DNA from: Planctomycetota bacterium
Lineage (GTDB): Bacteria > Planctomycetota > UBA1135 > UBA2386
Length of the DNA: 64,000 nt
Direction of reading: 5' to 3'
Assembly (NCBI GenBank): GCA_947501605.1
Contig: CANMWZ010000006.1
Location: 1 to 64,000, forward strand
This document shows, piece by piece, positions 47,872 to 57,605 of the stretch. A program made the translations under genes and the position numbers. Position 1 is the stretch's first letter. Every line of letters begins with the position of its first letter. The notes below the pieces were generated by a model. The model was not told the DNA's origin, searched no databases, and saw only the letters and a list, made by a program, of their open reading frames with translations.

Positions 47872-49836
47872 TCAGTCGATCGAGACCGACAGAGCGTTCG
47901 ACAGCGTCATGTTGCCAAACAGCGTCGGCGCACCAGCCGGATCGAAGGTCGCGGCCTGGAAGTAGAACGCGTAGCCCTGCGGGAAGCCCGTCGGGATGCT
48001 CAGCGGCAAGGAGGCATTACCGCTACCGTCCGTGAAGACGGCGAAGGTGATGAGGTTGTTGATGAAGTCCGGGATCAGCGTGCCGCCAGCAAACGGCGTA
48101 TCAAGGCGACCGCCACCGAAGATCGTGCCACCATTGACCGCGATGATCGACAGCGAGAAGGCCGGGGCCTTCAGCAGCGAGACGTTCCACGTGAGCGGAG
48201 CAAACGCGAGGTGCGTGCCGGTCGCCGACAGCACCGGAGCGCCGTTGGTGCCGACGTTGCTGCCAAAGCCGAGGTCGTGCCAGCCGTTCGTCGGCGTGTA
48301 GCCGTAGGCTTCCGATGCCGTCCAGCCGGCGAGCCAGCTGGCCGCGCCCGGGGCGAAGGCGCCGCGGTACTGGGACGACGTGAAGAAGCCGTCACCCGTG
48401 CTGAAGGCGACGCTCGAGAGCGCGTCATTGGCTGGCGCGGGATTGAGGCCGATGACCGGGGTCATCGTCTGCCCACCGCGGACGACCGACGGGCCACGCG
48501 TGATGCTCGTGATTGGCGAAGCAACCGCGATCACGTTGTTGTTGGCCACGGCGAAGACACCGCGAGCGTTTGCTTCGGTGTAGGCCGCTGCCAAGTTGTT
48601 GTTGAAGAAGACGCTGTCACTGATCTGGCACAGGTTGCCCGACGACTGCGCGGTGTAGAACAGGGCGGGGTTCAACGGTGCGTTGACCAAGGAGGTCGCC
48701 GAGAACGGCGTCGTCCAGGTCGCGGCCCACGACAGCGTGCCGTTGAAGCCGTAACCAGCACCACCGTCACCGTCGACGTTGTCGAACGACACGACGCGCT
48801 CACCAGCGTCCATGAAAATGCTGTTGCGGAACTGCGCGCGTGCATTGTCGCGCCAGGCCGTCAGGTGGTCGCCCGACGCCGCACCGTTCGGCTGGCCGAT
48901 GACCGTCATGTTGTAGAGCGTCGTGGTCGTTACCGGCTGGTAGTCACTCTGCTCAGCGCCATCCATCTCGAAGGCATTGTCGCCGACACCCGAGCCCTGG
49001 GCCGCGTTGACGCTGTAACCCTGGACGACCAAGCCATACTGCGCCTTGCCGCGCCAGCCCTGGTCGACGTCGAAGCTGTCGTCACCGATGTTCCAGATGC
49101 TGAAGTGGCGCAGATTGACCGTGCCACCCCAGATCTCGATGCCGTCGTCGACGTTGTTCATGATCTCGAGGTAATCGATGTCCGTGCCGCGGCCGATGCC
49201 GCCCAGAGACAACCCGTTCAACTCGTTGGCGGCACCGATCACCTTGCCGCCGTAGCGGATCGAGAGGTACTTGATCGAACCGCTGTCGTCATCGTCGTTC
49301 GAAGGCAGCAGAACACTGCCACCGTAGTCCGCAAGGCCGCTGCCGCTCGGTGGAGCGAGACCCTCCATCACCGCAAAGTTCGTCGAACCTGGAGCCGGCG
49401 TGTTGGTCAGAATCGCGTTCTCCGACACGTAGCCACGACCCATGACCGTCAGGTTGCCCCATTCGTTGGCCGCTTCGCGCCACGTGCCAGTCTTTGGGTT
49501 GCCACCAACCCAGGTCGCGCGATCGGCGGCCGAGGTCAGGATCACTGGATTGAACTGGTTGCCGTTGACGAAGATTTGCGCGCCACGGCACACCGCGAGG
49601 CTGCCGCCCGATGGTGGCGTGCTCAGGGGGACAGTCGAAGACGCGATGACCGTGCCCGGCTCGATCGTCAAGGTCGCGCCTGGCAGCACGTAGATCTGGG
49701 CCTGCAGGTCATAAACGTTGTTGGCGGTCCAGGTGGTCGAGACCGCGATGTTGGCAGTGACAGGAATCTGCGCCTGGGCGACTGCCGCCAGCGCAACAAC
49801 CGCGCAAGCGGCCTTGATGGTAGAGTTCATGAGCAT
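47872..49836 (-). CDS. Secreted beta-helix-like surface protein with a distinct C-terminal domain
   Basis: Signal peptide AVAQA-Q; GATLTIEPGTVI, WG.L...G, DDDSG.IKY.SIRYGG, NELNGLSLGGIG.GT, DDGIEIWGGTVN, DDSFDVDQGW.G; C-terminal FYFQAATFDP...LSNALSV. Confidence 0.8.
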   Translation of the reverse strand: MLMNSTIKAACAVVALAAVAQAQIPVTANIAVSTTWTANNVYDLQAQIYVLPGATLTIEPGTVIASSTVPLSTPPSGGSLAVCRGAQIFVNGNQFNPVILTSAADRATWVGGNPKTGTWREAANEWGNLTVMGRGYVSENAILTNTPAPGSTNFAVMEGLAPPSGSGLADYGGSVLLPSNDDDDSGSIKYLSIRYGGKVIGAANELNGLSLGGIGRGTDIDYLEIMNNVDDGIEIWGGTVNLRHFSIWNIGDDSFDVDQGWRGKAQYGLVVQGYSVNAAQGSGVGDNAFEMDGAEQSDYQPVTTTTLYNMTVIGQPNGAASGDHLTAWRDNARAQFRNSIFMDAGERVVSFDNVDGDGGAGYGFNGTLSWAATWTTPFSATSLVNAPLNPALFYTAQSSGNLCQISDSVFFNNNLAAAYTEANARGVFAVANNNVIAVASPITSITRGPSVVRGGQTMTPVIGLNPAPANDALSSVAFSTGDGFFTSSQYRGAFAPGAASWLAGWTASEAYGYTPTNGWHDLGFGSNVGTNGAPVLSATGTHLAFAPLTWNVSLLKAPAFSLSIIAVNGGTIFGGGRLDTPFAGGTLIPDFINNLITFAVFTDGSGNASLPLSIPTGFPQGYAFYFQAATFDPAGAPTLFGNMTLSNALSVSID

Positions 49837-49988
49837 TGGGCTTCGGAGTTTGAGTTGCTTTCGGAGTTTGAGTTGGTTGGCGGACGGTGCGAGGCTGTCC
49901 TCGCACCATGGACACCCTAGGGATCTGTGTTTGTTTGCAGTGAAGGCTGCAAGGAGCCTTCGCGAGTGTCCGTACGCTCGGACGAAGC

Positions 49989-51113
49989 TCAGTTGGCGCC
50001 TTGGATGGGCTGGCCATTGACCGTGCCCGACGTCAACACGCCAGCAATGCCGGCGACCTGGACGGCAATCGGGCCGACGCCGCGAGCCAAGGTCATCACC
50101 ACGGCCGCAGACTGTCGCGCTCCGTTCGGAGCACGCGCTTCCATGCTCCAATCCAACTGGAACACGTCGTCGAAGCGGCCGACTGCGGTTCGGAGCGGTG
50201 GCACGCCCGTCGGCAACACGCGCAGGATGGTGGTCGCCGAAGTCGTCGGGGCCGCAGTTCCGTACGGCTGGTAGAGCAGCGCCGGAAGAACGCTCAGCAT
50301 CGGCTGACCCAGCGTCACTTCCGCCGGCAGGAACAGGCTCAGGTCATGGATCTCCTGGTAGTCCGTGCCACCATTGGTGGAGTACTCACCGAGGACATCG
50401 GTCGGGCCATAGGCAAAGGGCGGCGAATCAATGCGGCGCAGGTAGAGACCGAGATTCTGGTCGGGCGTCTCGATGAGCAGGCGAAAGACCGTCACGCCTT
50501 GCAGGTTGGGCTCGGCCGCCGAGGCCGTCAGCGTGATGGTGATGCCGTTGCTGAAGTTCCAGCGGTTGCCGGTCTGCAGCGGCAAGAACCCCGGCGTCGA
50601 ACCAAAGACACCCTGCGGGTTGGTGGTCACCCACCCGAGCAGTCGTTGCGCCACCCAGTAGACGGCCGGGAAGTTGAGCGTCTGGAATCGGACCTTGCCG
50701 GTATCCGGCTCGGTAACCCCAGCGATCTCGATCACGCGACCATCTTGCTGGCGAGCCAGGACGACCGCAGCTCGCCCCTGCCGTCCAGCCTCGAACGGCA
50801 ACGTGACCGCGACCGGCAGCGCGAATTCCCGCGGACTCGGGCCGAGCAGAATGCCGCGACTGAGGTTGCTGAAACCCGGCTGGATCTGTGCAAAGCTGGT
50901 CGCAACCGTGAGTTGCACCGGCGCGGTAGTCGCGCCGGGCGGAACCGCGATTTCGAGGCCTGCGAGTTCCCCGGTGGTCAACTGCAGCACGCCGCCGGCG
51001 ACGCCGACCCGTTGGCCAGCGACCACCTGAGCGGCACCACCGCCGCCGCCACCGCCAGAACAGGCAGCGAGCAGGCAGAGGGAGAACAAGAACACGTTGC
51101 GGCACTGGCCCAT
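49989..51113 (-). CDS. Lipoprotein with a ZU5-like domain
   Basis: Lipobox LAAC followed by poly-Gly; GVAGG.L, IAVPPGA, LGPS...F..PV.VTLP; C-terminal TAVG.F, LARGVGPI. Confidence 0.72.
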   Translation of the reverse strand: MGQCRNVFLFSLCLLAACSGGGGGGGAAQVVAGQRVGVAGGVLQLTTGELAGLEIAVPPGATTAPVQLTVATSFAQIQPGFSNLSRGILLGPSPREFALPVAVTLPFEAGRQGRAAVVLARQQDGRVIEIAGVTEPDTGKVRFQTLNFPAVYWVAQRLLGWVTTNPQGVFGSTPGFLPLQTGNRWNFSNGITITLTASAAEPNLQGVTVFRLLIETPDQNLGLYLRRIDSPPFAYGPTDVLGEYSTNGGTDYQEIHDLSLFLPAEVTLGQPMLSVLPALLYQPYGTAAPTTSATTILRVLPTGVPPLRTAVGRFDDVFQLDWSMEARAPNGARQSAAVVMTLARGVGPIAVQVAGIAGVLTSGTVNGQPIQGAN

Positions 51114-51260
51114 GCGGGAATGCTGGTGCGTCCCCGGCAAGCGACCGTGAGTGTCAGATTAAGGATCGCTACAAGCCCATTCGGCCGCACCGCATTGGGA
51201 AGGCCCCCTCACGCAAGACCGCCGACGCGCGGATCGCACCGCGGTCGGGAGCACCCCGTC

Positions 51261-54200
51261 TCATCGGTTCGGCGCATCCAGCTCGCGCAAGACAGCGCCG
51301 TCGGTCTCGCTCAGCACCAGCAGTGCGTAGCGCTGCGCGCCCGAGCTGCCGGATTCGCTGACTGAGACGTAATCGAAGCGGCCCCGAAGGTCGGTGTAGC
51401 CATCCTTGTGGAAGCGCACCGAGCCATCGGCGCCACGCGCATAGCACTTCACGTAGACCTTGGCGAGCGGCGCGCCTTTCTGCGACCGCACTTCCACCTG
51501 CCCGTACGAGCCGATGGCCTGCACCACCATCGTGCTGGCGAGGCTCTGCGCGCGGCGCACGAGGCCGCCGCCGCGAACCTCGATGACGACATTGCCTTGC
51601 GCGAACTCGGCCGGCAGCGGGACGGTTGTCTGCTGGGCGCCCTTGCCGAGCTCGACCGCGTCCTTGCGCATCGGTTCGACCCACCCGACGGCGGCGAGGC
51701 CCTGTTGCTGGAACGGGCTGTTGCTGAACGCGAACTCGACGTCGAGCCGGTGGTAGCGCACTTCGCACACCTCGAGATTGCGATGACGGATCGCGATCAC
51801 GCCACCTTCGACCACGACATCGAGTTGCGGCTCGGTCGCCGCGAGCTGCGTCTGCTGCGCGTCCCGCAGTTCCTCGTCGGTGGCCACGACGGCCGCGCCG
51901 TCGATCTCGTCCGCCTGCTGCAACACCGAGCGGAACAGCGTGCGCCAACGGTCCACCGGATGATCCTTGTGCACGCTCGCGATACTGCGCGCCGCGGCGA
52001 CGTCAGCGCGGAAGAACGCGAGGTAAGCCGCCAAGTAGTCGTACTGCAGCGCAGTCGTCAACGACTCGCGGTCGATGCGCGCGAACGCGGCGAGCGCATC
52101 CTCGGTGCGACCTTGGACCAAGTGGTAGTAGGTCACCTCGGCCCAGTCGGCCGCCGCGAGTTGCGGCCGTCGACATAGGATCGCGAGGCACTGTTGCCAC
52201 TGCTGTGTGACATCGCGGTTCTGGATGCCCTGCCACGCACCGATGCGGTGCGCGCGCGCGTGCACCAGCGGATCGAACTCGAGGTGCTCGTAGGCGCGTT
52301 CGACGAGCGGTTCGACCGTGAGCAGCGGCGAACGCAACACGTAGCCGATCGATTGCCCGAGGTCCGCACGGCGAGCCAGGTACTCACGCGCCACCGGCAG
52401 ATCGCCGTGCCTCACTCCGAACGACCACACCGTGTCGTCGTATTGGAGTTGCGAACGCAGCAGCTCCACCACCTTGCCGAAGAACACACGGTCGCGCAGA
52501 CGCCAAGCGATGCGCGACAGGTCGACCCGCCGAAGGTTGTGGGTTCGCAGATACTCGAGAACGGCATCGGCCTCTGCCATCTGCGACACGTGGTCCCACG
52601 AAGCGGAGTCGACGACGGTCGGCGTCGCGACGACGTGACGGACCGCGGCCTCGGCGGCGCCGACGAACACGCCGTCGGCACTGACCTGCGCGGGGTAGTG
52701 GGCGAAGTCACCGGGCAGCGGGAAGTAGAACGAGAACTCGAAGGTCGTCGTCGCGAACGCGTCGAGCTGGAGCGGCACGCTGTGCGTGGCGAAGCCGCCT
52801 TGCAGCGGCAACGCACCGGCCGGGATCTGGATCAGCAGCGACAACGTGCGCGGCGCCTCGGTCGGGTTCGTCAGCACGATCTGACTGCCGTAGACCACGC
52901 CGGCGGTGAACTCACTCGTCACGGACTTCTGGCGACGGACGTTGCCGTCATAGCTGTAACGATCGTCGAGGCGGAAACAGGCCTGACGGATCAACACCGG
53001 ATCGATCCCGTCCTTCTGCACGACCGGCAGGATCTCGCTGCGCGCGAGCAACAGCGGGCCCTCGGTCCGCAGCGTCGCCGCCGCACCATCGCGCACCGAG
53101 CTCGGTTGCTTGCCCTCGAACGGCAGATCGAGCACCGCCAGCGCGAACATCGCCTCGGTGAAGCTGCCGCGCGCTTCGGCGACGTTCGGCGACACGAACG
53201 GTGTTCCCTGCGACGCCGCGAAGTCGCGCCAGAACGAGTTGGCACGGATGCGATCGGCCGTCTCGTCCGTGCGCTGCATCTTCCAGTAGTAGCTCTCGGC
53301 GAAGATGCGCGTCGGATCGAGGTCGCGGAAGAAGCTGCGCTGCACCTTGCGACGCTCCCGGTCTTGCTCGTCATCCTCCTTCGCGAGTTCCGCGTCCTTG
53401 TCGGTCAACTCGGTGAGCAAGCCACCAGCCTGCCCCTGCTCGACCGACGCGGACAGATCCTGCTTGGCCTTCTCGGCGCTCTCCGGCTTTGGCGCCGGCG
53501 CGCCCGGGTCAGCGGCACGTCGTCCGGTCGCAGGACCGGCAGGGCCGGCACTGGCGGGCCCACCTGCACTCGGCTCGGCCGCGGACAGCTTCCGTTCGAG
53601 TCGATCCACTACGTCGAGCCCGAGCAGGGTTTTGGCATCGCCTTCCGCGCCGGCATCGAGATCGGCGGTGCGCAGGGCCGCGCGGAACACGAGCTTCTTG
53701 CCCTCGAGGTCGATGGGCTCGAGCTCGCCGAGTTCGCGCGCGTGGCGAACGAGTGCCTCGCGTTGGCCCGGCAATCGCTGCAGCAGAAGGATGCGCTCGA
53801 CGAGGTTGAGCGTCGCGAAGCGCGCGGGCTCGAGGTAGCTGGCAACGTCCTCACCGAGCATCCAGTCGTCGAGGAACTCGCGATGGGCTTTGTTCGCGAG
53901 ATACGGCTTCAACACCGAATCGAAGAAGGCGCGGTCCTTGAAGTAGAGGAACAGGTGCAGCTCGTGGCACGCGTGCGTGCGGTAGAGCTGCAGTCGCTCG
54001 TCCGCGGTCAGCGACGGCCAGCGCGTGACAAAGGCGAAGTCGGCGAGGTCGGGGCCCTGAACCAACGTGCCCAGCAGTCGATGCACCTCTTGGAGCGAAG
54101 TGAACGGCCGCAACTTCGTCGTCGCGACATCGGGAACGCGGGTCTCGCTGCCGGCGGCGACGAACTCGATGCGCTGCTGCTCGGCCAGGTGCTGAGCCGC

Positions 54201-57200
54201 GTCGAAGGCCTTCGGCAGGCGAAGATCGCGCGGATCGAGGGCCTTCAGCGGCATCGCCACGCTGCGGTAGTCGAAGTCGTCGCCGTCGACGGCGATCACG
54301 TGCAGCAGCTGGCCCGCGCCGAGGTCCTTGCGCGGGATGCGCAGCGTGCCGTTCGCATCGGGGCGAAGGTTGGCGAGCAGCGACGTGGCGCCGTCGAGGA
54401 AGTCGATCGTGGCGTAAGCGTTCGGGTCCGAACCCGTTGCGCGCATGGAGTTGGCCGTCTCGGCTGGCGGCGCCTCGGCCCTGCCGCCGCGTCGGCGGCC
54501 ATAGCCACCGCCGGCACCACCCCCGAACCGGCCGGTGTCCGAGGCTCGATCGATCGCCCACGGATTCAGCAGCAGGCTCGGCCGCTGCAGCATGTTGCCG
54601 GGGAACTTGGTCGCGTAGCGACGCTCGAACACGTAGCGAAGTTCGTCCCCCACGCGGCGCTCGGCGGCGTAGTCCGAGAAGCGCGGTTCGAGCAGCACTC
54701 GAGACGCGCCGCCATAGACGGGCGGCAACGCCAGAGCGAACGCATCGAAGGCCGGCAAGTAGCGCGTCGCGAACGCGTGCACGCGGGCGGAGGCACCGGC
54801 GTTGCCGAGCCGGACCGACACGGTGTCCGCATCGGCGTCGAGTCGGAGGATCGCGAGCGGCGTCTGGCCGCGCAGCAACAACGCGCGCGTCGCACCGAGA
54901 ACGAAGCGACCTTGCTCGGTACCGTTCGTCACGGCAACGTCGATCTCGACGTCGAAGCGCGGCAATCGCAGCACGTAGTCACCGGCCGGCACAGCGCGCA
55001 GTTCGAGCCAACCCTCGGTGAGAGCCAGGAGCGCGGAGGCATCGCGCACCGGTCGATCGTCACGGCGCTCGACCAATGTCGCGATCGAGGCGTCGAGTTG
55101 CGTTCCATTCTCTGGATACGCGACGCGAAGTGTTGCGCCGGCGATTCCCTGCAGGCTCTTCGGCCATGCTCGCCGTTCGACCAGGAACCACGAGGATCCG
55201 GCGACCGACGACGAGCCGAGCAGGCGGACCTCGTCGATGCCCTCGAGCGCGCCGAGTGCGACCTTGCCTGCGGCATCCGATTGCAGAACAACCTGCACTT
55301 GGTCGCGGAAGTCGCAGTGGCGCAGCGAGAGTTCGACTGTCCGCGTCGCCAGCGGCTCGCCGGTGCGCCCGCGCACTTCGACGAACCAACCGTCCTGTTC
55401 CCGACCGAGGATCGAGGCCGCAACTTCCGCGGTCGCCTCGATGCCGTTCACGACGAACGTGCCGCCGTCTTGCTGCACGTCGACCGTCTGCCCCGTGCTC
55501 GCCTTCTGGTAGCGGGCGCGCATGGCGACCGACAAGCTCACGAGCCCGCGCGGAACCTCGAAGTCGTGCACGTACTCGCCGTTCGAGTCGAAAGCCGCGA
55601 CCGCGATCGTCTGCATCGACTGGGCGCCGTCGCGCAAGCGGGCCGTGATCACGAACTCCGGCTCCTGCAGCAGCGCGAGCGAGACCGGCACACCGCCGAC
55701 TTCGAACCTCGGGCGCAGCAGCAATCGACTGGGTTCCCCGCCGCGCAGGGACTCGCGATCGACGAACGCCGCGAGTCGCAGCTCGGCCGACTCGACCGCG
55801 TGGGCGAAGCGATGCAGCGTCGCGACGGCACCGCGCCGCACCACGATCGTCCGCTGAGCAGGCTCGGGCGAGAACGGAACGGCGAGTTCGCCGCGGTCGT
55901 CGGCGACGATCTCGCGGCCGGCACAGAACGCGACGGCATCGCGCACGGGTTGCCCGTTCTCGTCGAACACCGAGAACACGTGGCCCGCGGCGCCGATGCG
56001 CGACAGCACATCGAGGCGGCCCTTCTGCACCACCGCGCGGCTCGACATGCCGTTGCCGACGAACTCGACGACGTAGGTGCCGGGCTGGTTGAGCGAGTCG
56101 GGTTGGAACTGCCGCCGCACGCGCCGCAACGGTGGCTCGGAGTACTGCACGACCTGCTCTTCGTTGGCGACGACGCCGTCGAGGTCGATCGAGGCATCGA
56201 CGTCTTTGCCGACCGCCTTCAAGTAGGCATACGCGTCGATCCGGTAGACCTTGACCAGCAAGGTCGGCACGTTCTTGACGTCGAGCTCGATCGTGACCTT
56301 CGCATCCGCCGCGAAGTGCTGCTGCGCCCGCTTTGCGAACGAGAGTTCGACGCGTTGCACCAGCTGCTCGTAGTACGACGGATCCGCAAGCATCGAGTAC
56401 CAGCGCTCCATGTCACCTTGACCGAGCAGGATCTTGGTCTCGGCGAACACGCGACGCAGCCAATCCTCGCGCACATGCTCGGTCCACGGAGCAATCGTGT
56501 CCGCAGTCGCGAAGATCTGTTCGAAGCACGCACGCACGAGCTCTTCGTCGCTGCCGACCGCGTCGAGACCGGTGCTGCTGCGGAAACCGTCGTCGACGAT
56601 ATCCTGCCCGCGACTCTTGCGAATCCACTCGGGATTGGCGTAGCCGGCACGCCGTGGCAATCGCAGATACGAACCGAGGCGGTCGGTGTCGACCTTTCCA
56701 AGTTCGAGATCGTGCCGCAACCGGTGGAACAGCACATGGCTCTTGAGGCTGTTGTGCACGGGCGACAACCGCTCCACGAAGCCAAGGAGCGCGTCGAGGT
56801 AGGCTTCGCGCGCGCGCACGTCGACCTGCCAAGCGACATCGGCGTTCGGCCGCAGTCGACGCACGTACTCGTCGACATATCGACGGTCATCGCGCAAGTT
56901 GGGGACCTGCTGCAGCACCTCGTCGAGCTGCGACTGCAACAAGAACTCGTGCACCCGCAGAGAGCCGAAGCCGCCGCTGTCGCGCAACCGCAGTTCGCGC
57001 GCAACGAGCAGCGCGAGACCTGGCACGTCGGAACGCTGAAGACGATTCAAGAGCTCGCGCAGCAGGTTGTCCGGCACCTTCGTCGCCAACAATGCAGCGA
57101 GACCGCGATCCGTCAGACCGTCGAGCGAGTTTGAGTGCAGCGCGAGCGCGCGCTGCAGGAGTTGCGCCGCCGCGATCGAGCGATTGTCGAACTGAGTCGG

Positions 57201-57605
57201 CAACTCAGGCTGCTGACCCGGGACCTGCCGCTGCTGGTCAAAGGACAGTCCCAATCGCTGCTGCAGCCATGCATAGGTGCCCTTCTCATCGCGTTCGTAG
57301 GAGAGCAGTGCTTGGCGCACTTCGATCTCCTCGACCCGCGACGTACGCCCGTGCCTTTCAACCCATGCAGCGAGGAGCACCGGAACAGCATCGAGCGCCC
57401 CTTCGTGCTGCTTCTGCAAGCACTGATAGTAGTAAGCGTCCTCCGTCCCCGGGATCAGCTGCGCGAGCGCCGCTGCGCGATCGGGCGCAAGCGCGAACGT
57501 CTCGGCGAATCCTCCCGGCGGCGTCTGCGCCAACAGCGCCGAGGACATGGCCAGGAGGGTCAGCGGAAACACAACACACGACAGCCGCAGGAGTGGATTG
57601 CGCAT
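51261..57605 (-). CDS. Large secreted conserved hypothetical protein (2114 aa), mixed helical and Ig/MG-like domains
   Basis: Signal peptide LLA-Q; uninterrupted frame with coding-like codon usage; C-terminal YVKCYA...FHKDGYTDLRGRFDY. Confidence 0.85.
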   Translation of the reverse strand: MRNPLLRLSCVVFPLTLLAMSSALLAQTPPGGFAETFALAPDRAAALAQLIPGTEDAYYYQCLQKQHEGALDAVPVLLAAWVERHGRTSRVEEIEVRQALLSYERDEKGTYAWLQQRLGLSFDQQRQVPGQQPELPTQFDNRSIAAAQLLQRALALHSNSLDGLTDRGLAALLATKVPDNLLRELLNRLQRSDVPGLALLVARELRLRDSGGFGSLRVHEFLLQSQLDEVLQQVPNLRDDRRYVDEYVRRLRPNADVAWQVDVRAREAYLDALLGFVERLSPVHNSLKSHVLFHRLRHDLELGKVDTDRLGSYLRLPRRAGYANPEWIRKSRGQDIVDDGFRSSTGLDAVGSDEELVRACFEQIFATADTIAPWTEHVREDWLRRVFAETKILLGQGDMERWYSMLADPSYYEQLVQRVELSFAKRAQQHFAADAKVTIELDVKNVPTLLVKVYRIDAYAYLKAVGKDVDASIDLDGVVANEEQVVQYSEPPLRRVRRQFQPDSLNQPGTYVVEFVGNGMSSRAVVQKGRLDVLSRIGAAGHVFSVFDENGQPVRDAVAFCAGREIVADDRGELAVPFSPEPAQRTIVVRRGAVATLHRFAHAVESAELRLAAFVDRESLRGGEPSRLLLRPRFEVGGVPVSLALLQEPEFVITARLRDGAQSMQTIAVAAFDSNGEYVHDFEVPRGLVSLSVAMRARYQKASTGQTVDVQQDGGTFVVNGIEATAEVAASILGREQDGWFVEVRGRTGEPLATRTVELSLRHCDFRDQVQVVLQSDAAGKVALGALEGIDEVRLLGSSSVAGSSWFLVERRAWPKSLQGIAGATLRVAYPENGTQLDASIATLVERRDDRPVRDASALLALTEGWLELRAVPAGDYVLRLPRFDVEIDVAVTNGTEQGRFVLGATRALLLRGQTPLAILRLDADADTVSVRLGNAGASARVHAFATRYLPAFDAFALALPPVYGGASRVLLEPRFSDYAAERRVGDELRYVFERRYATKFPGNMLQRPSLLLNPWAIDRASDTGRFGGGAGGGYGRRRGGRAEAPPAETANSMRATGSDPNAYATIDFLDGATSLLANLRPDANGTLRIPRKDLGAGQLLHVIAVDGDDFDYRSVAMPLKALDPRDLRLPKAFDAAQHLAEQQRIEFVAAGSETRVPDVATTKLRPFTSLQEVHRLLGTLVQGPDLADFAFVTRWPSLTADERLQLYRTHACHELHLFLYFKDRAFFDSVLKPYLANKAHREFLDDWMLGEDVASYLEPARFATLNLVERILLLQRLPGQREALVRHARELGELEPIDLEGKKLVFRAALRTADLDAGAEGDAKTLLGLDVVDRLERKLSAAEPSAGGPASAGPAGPATGRRAADPGAPAPKPESAEKAKQDLSASVEQGQAGGLLTELTDKDAELAKEDDEQDRERRKVQRSFFRDLDPTRIFAESYYWKMQRTDETADRIRANSFWRDFAASQGTPFVSPNVAEARGSFTEAMFALAVLDLPFEGKQPSSVRDGAAATLRTEGPLLLARSEILPVVQKDGIDPVLIRQACFRLDDRYSYDGNVRRQKSVTSEFTAGVVYGSQIVLTNPTEAPRTLSLLIQIPAGALPLQGGFATHSVPLQLDAFATTTFEFSFYFPLPGDFAHYPAQVSADGVFVGAAEAAVRHVVATPTVVDSASWDHVSQMAEADAVLEYLRTHNLRRVDLSRIAWRLRDRVFFGKVVELLRSQLQYDDTVWSFGVRHGDLPVAREYLARRADLGQSIGYVLRSPLLTVEPLVERAYEHLEFDPLVHARAHRIGAWQGIQNRDVTQQWQQCLAILCRRPQLAAADWAEVTYYHLVQGRTEDALAAFARIDRESLTTALQYDYLAAYLAFFRADVAAARSIASVHKDHPVDRWRTLFRSVLQQADEIDGAAVVATDEELRDAQQTQLAATEPQLDVVVEGGVIAIRHRNLEVCEVRYHRLDVEFAFSNSPFQQQGLAAVGWVEPMRKDAVELGKGAQQTTVPLPAEFAQGNVVIEVRGGGLVRRAQSLASTMVVQAIGSYGQVEVRSQKGAPLAKVYVKCYARGADGSVRFHKDGYTDLRGRFDYVSVSESGSSGAQRYALLVLSETDGAVLRELDAPNR

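Noticed and set aside
47740..49920. 726-aa plus-strand ORF (likewise 8412-10229, 27416-29161, 44765-46069, 57773-59926)
   Set aside because: All lie antisense to well-supported genes and have Arg/His/Val-rich shadow composition
56517..56528. CFEQ in the 2114-aa protein as an alpha-2-macroglobulin thioester (CxEQ)
   Set aside because: Lies in the N-terminal helical region without the usual PxGC context; probably chance
52194..57134. 1646-aa plus-strand ORF
   Set aside because: Antisense shadow of the 2114-aa gene; typical of high-GC codon bias, with no recognisable motifs
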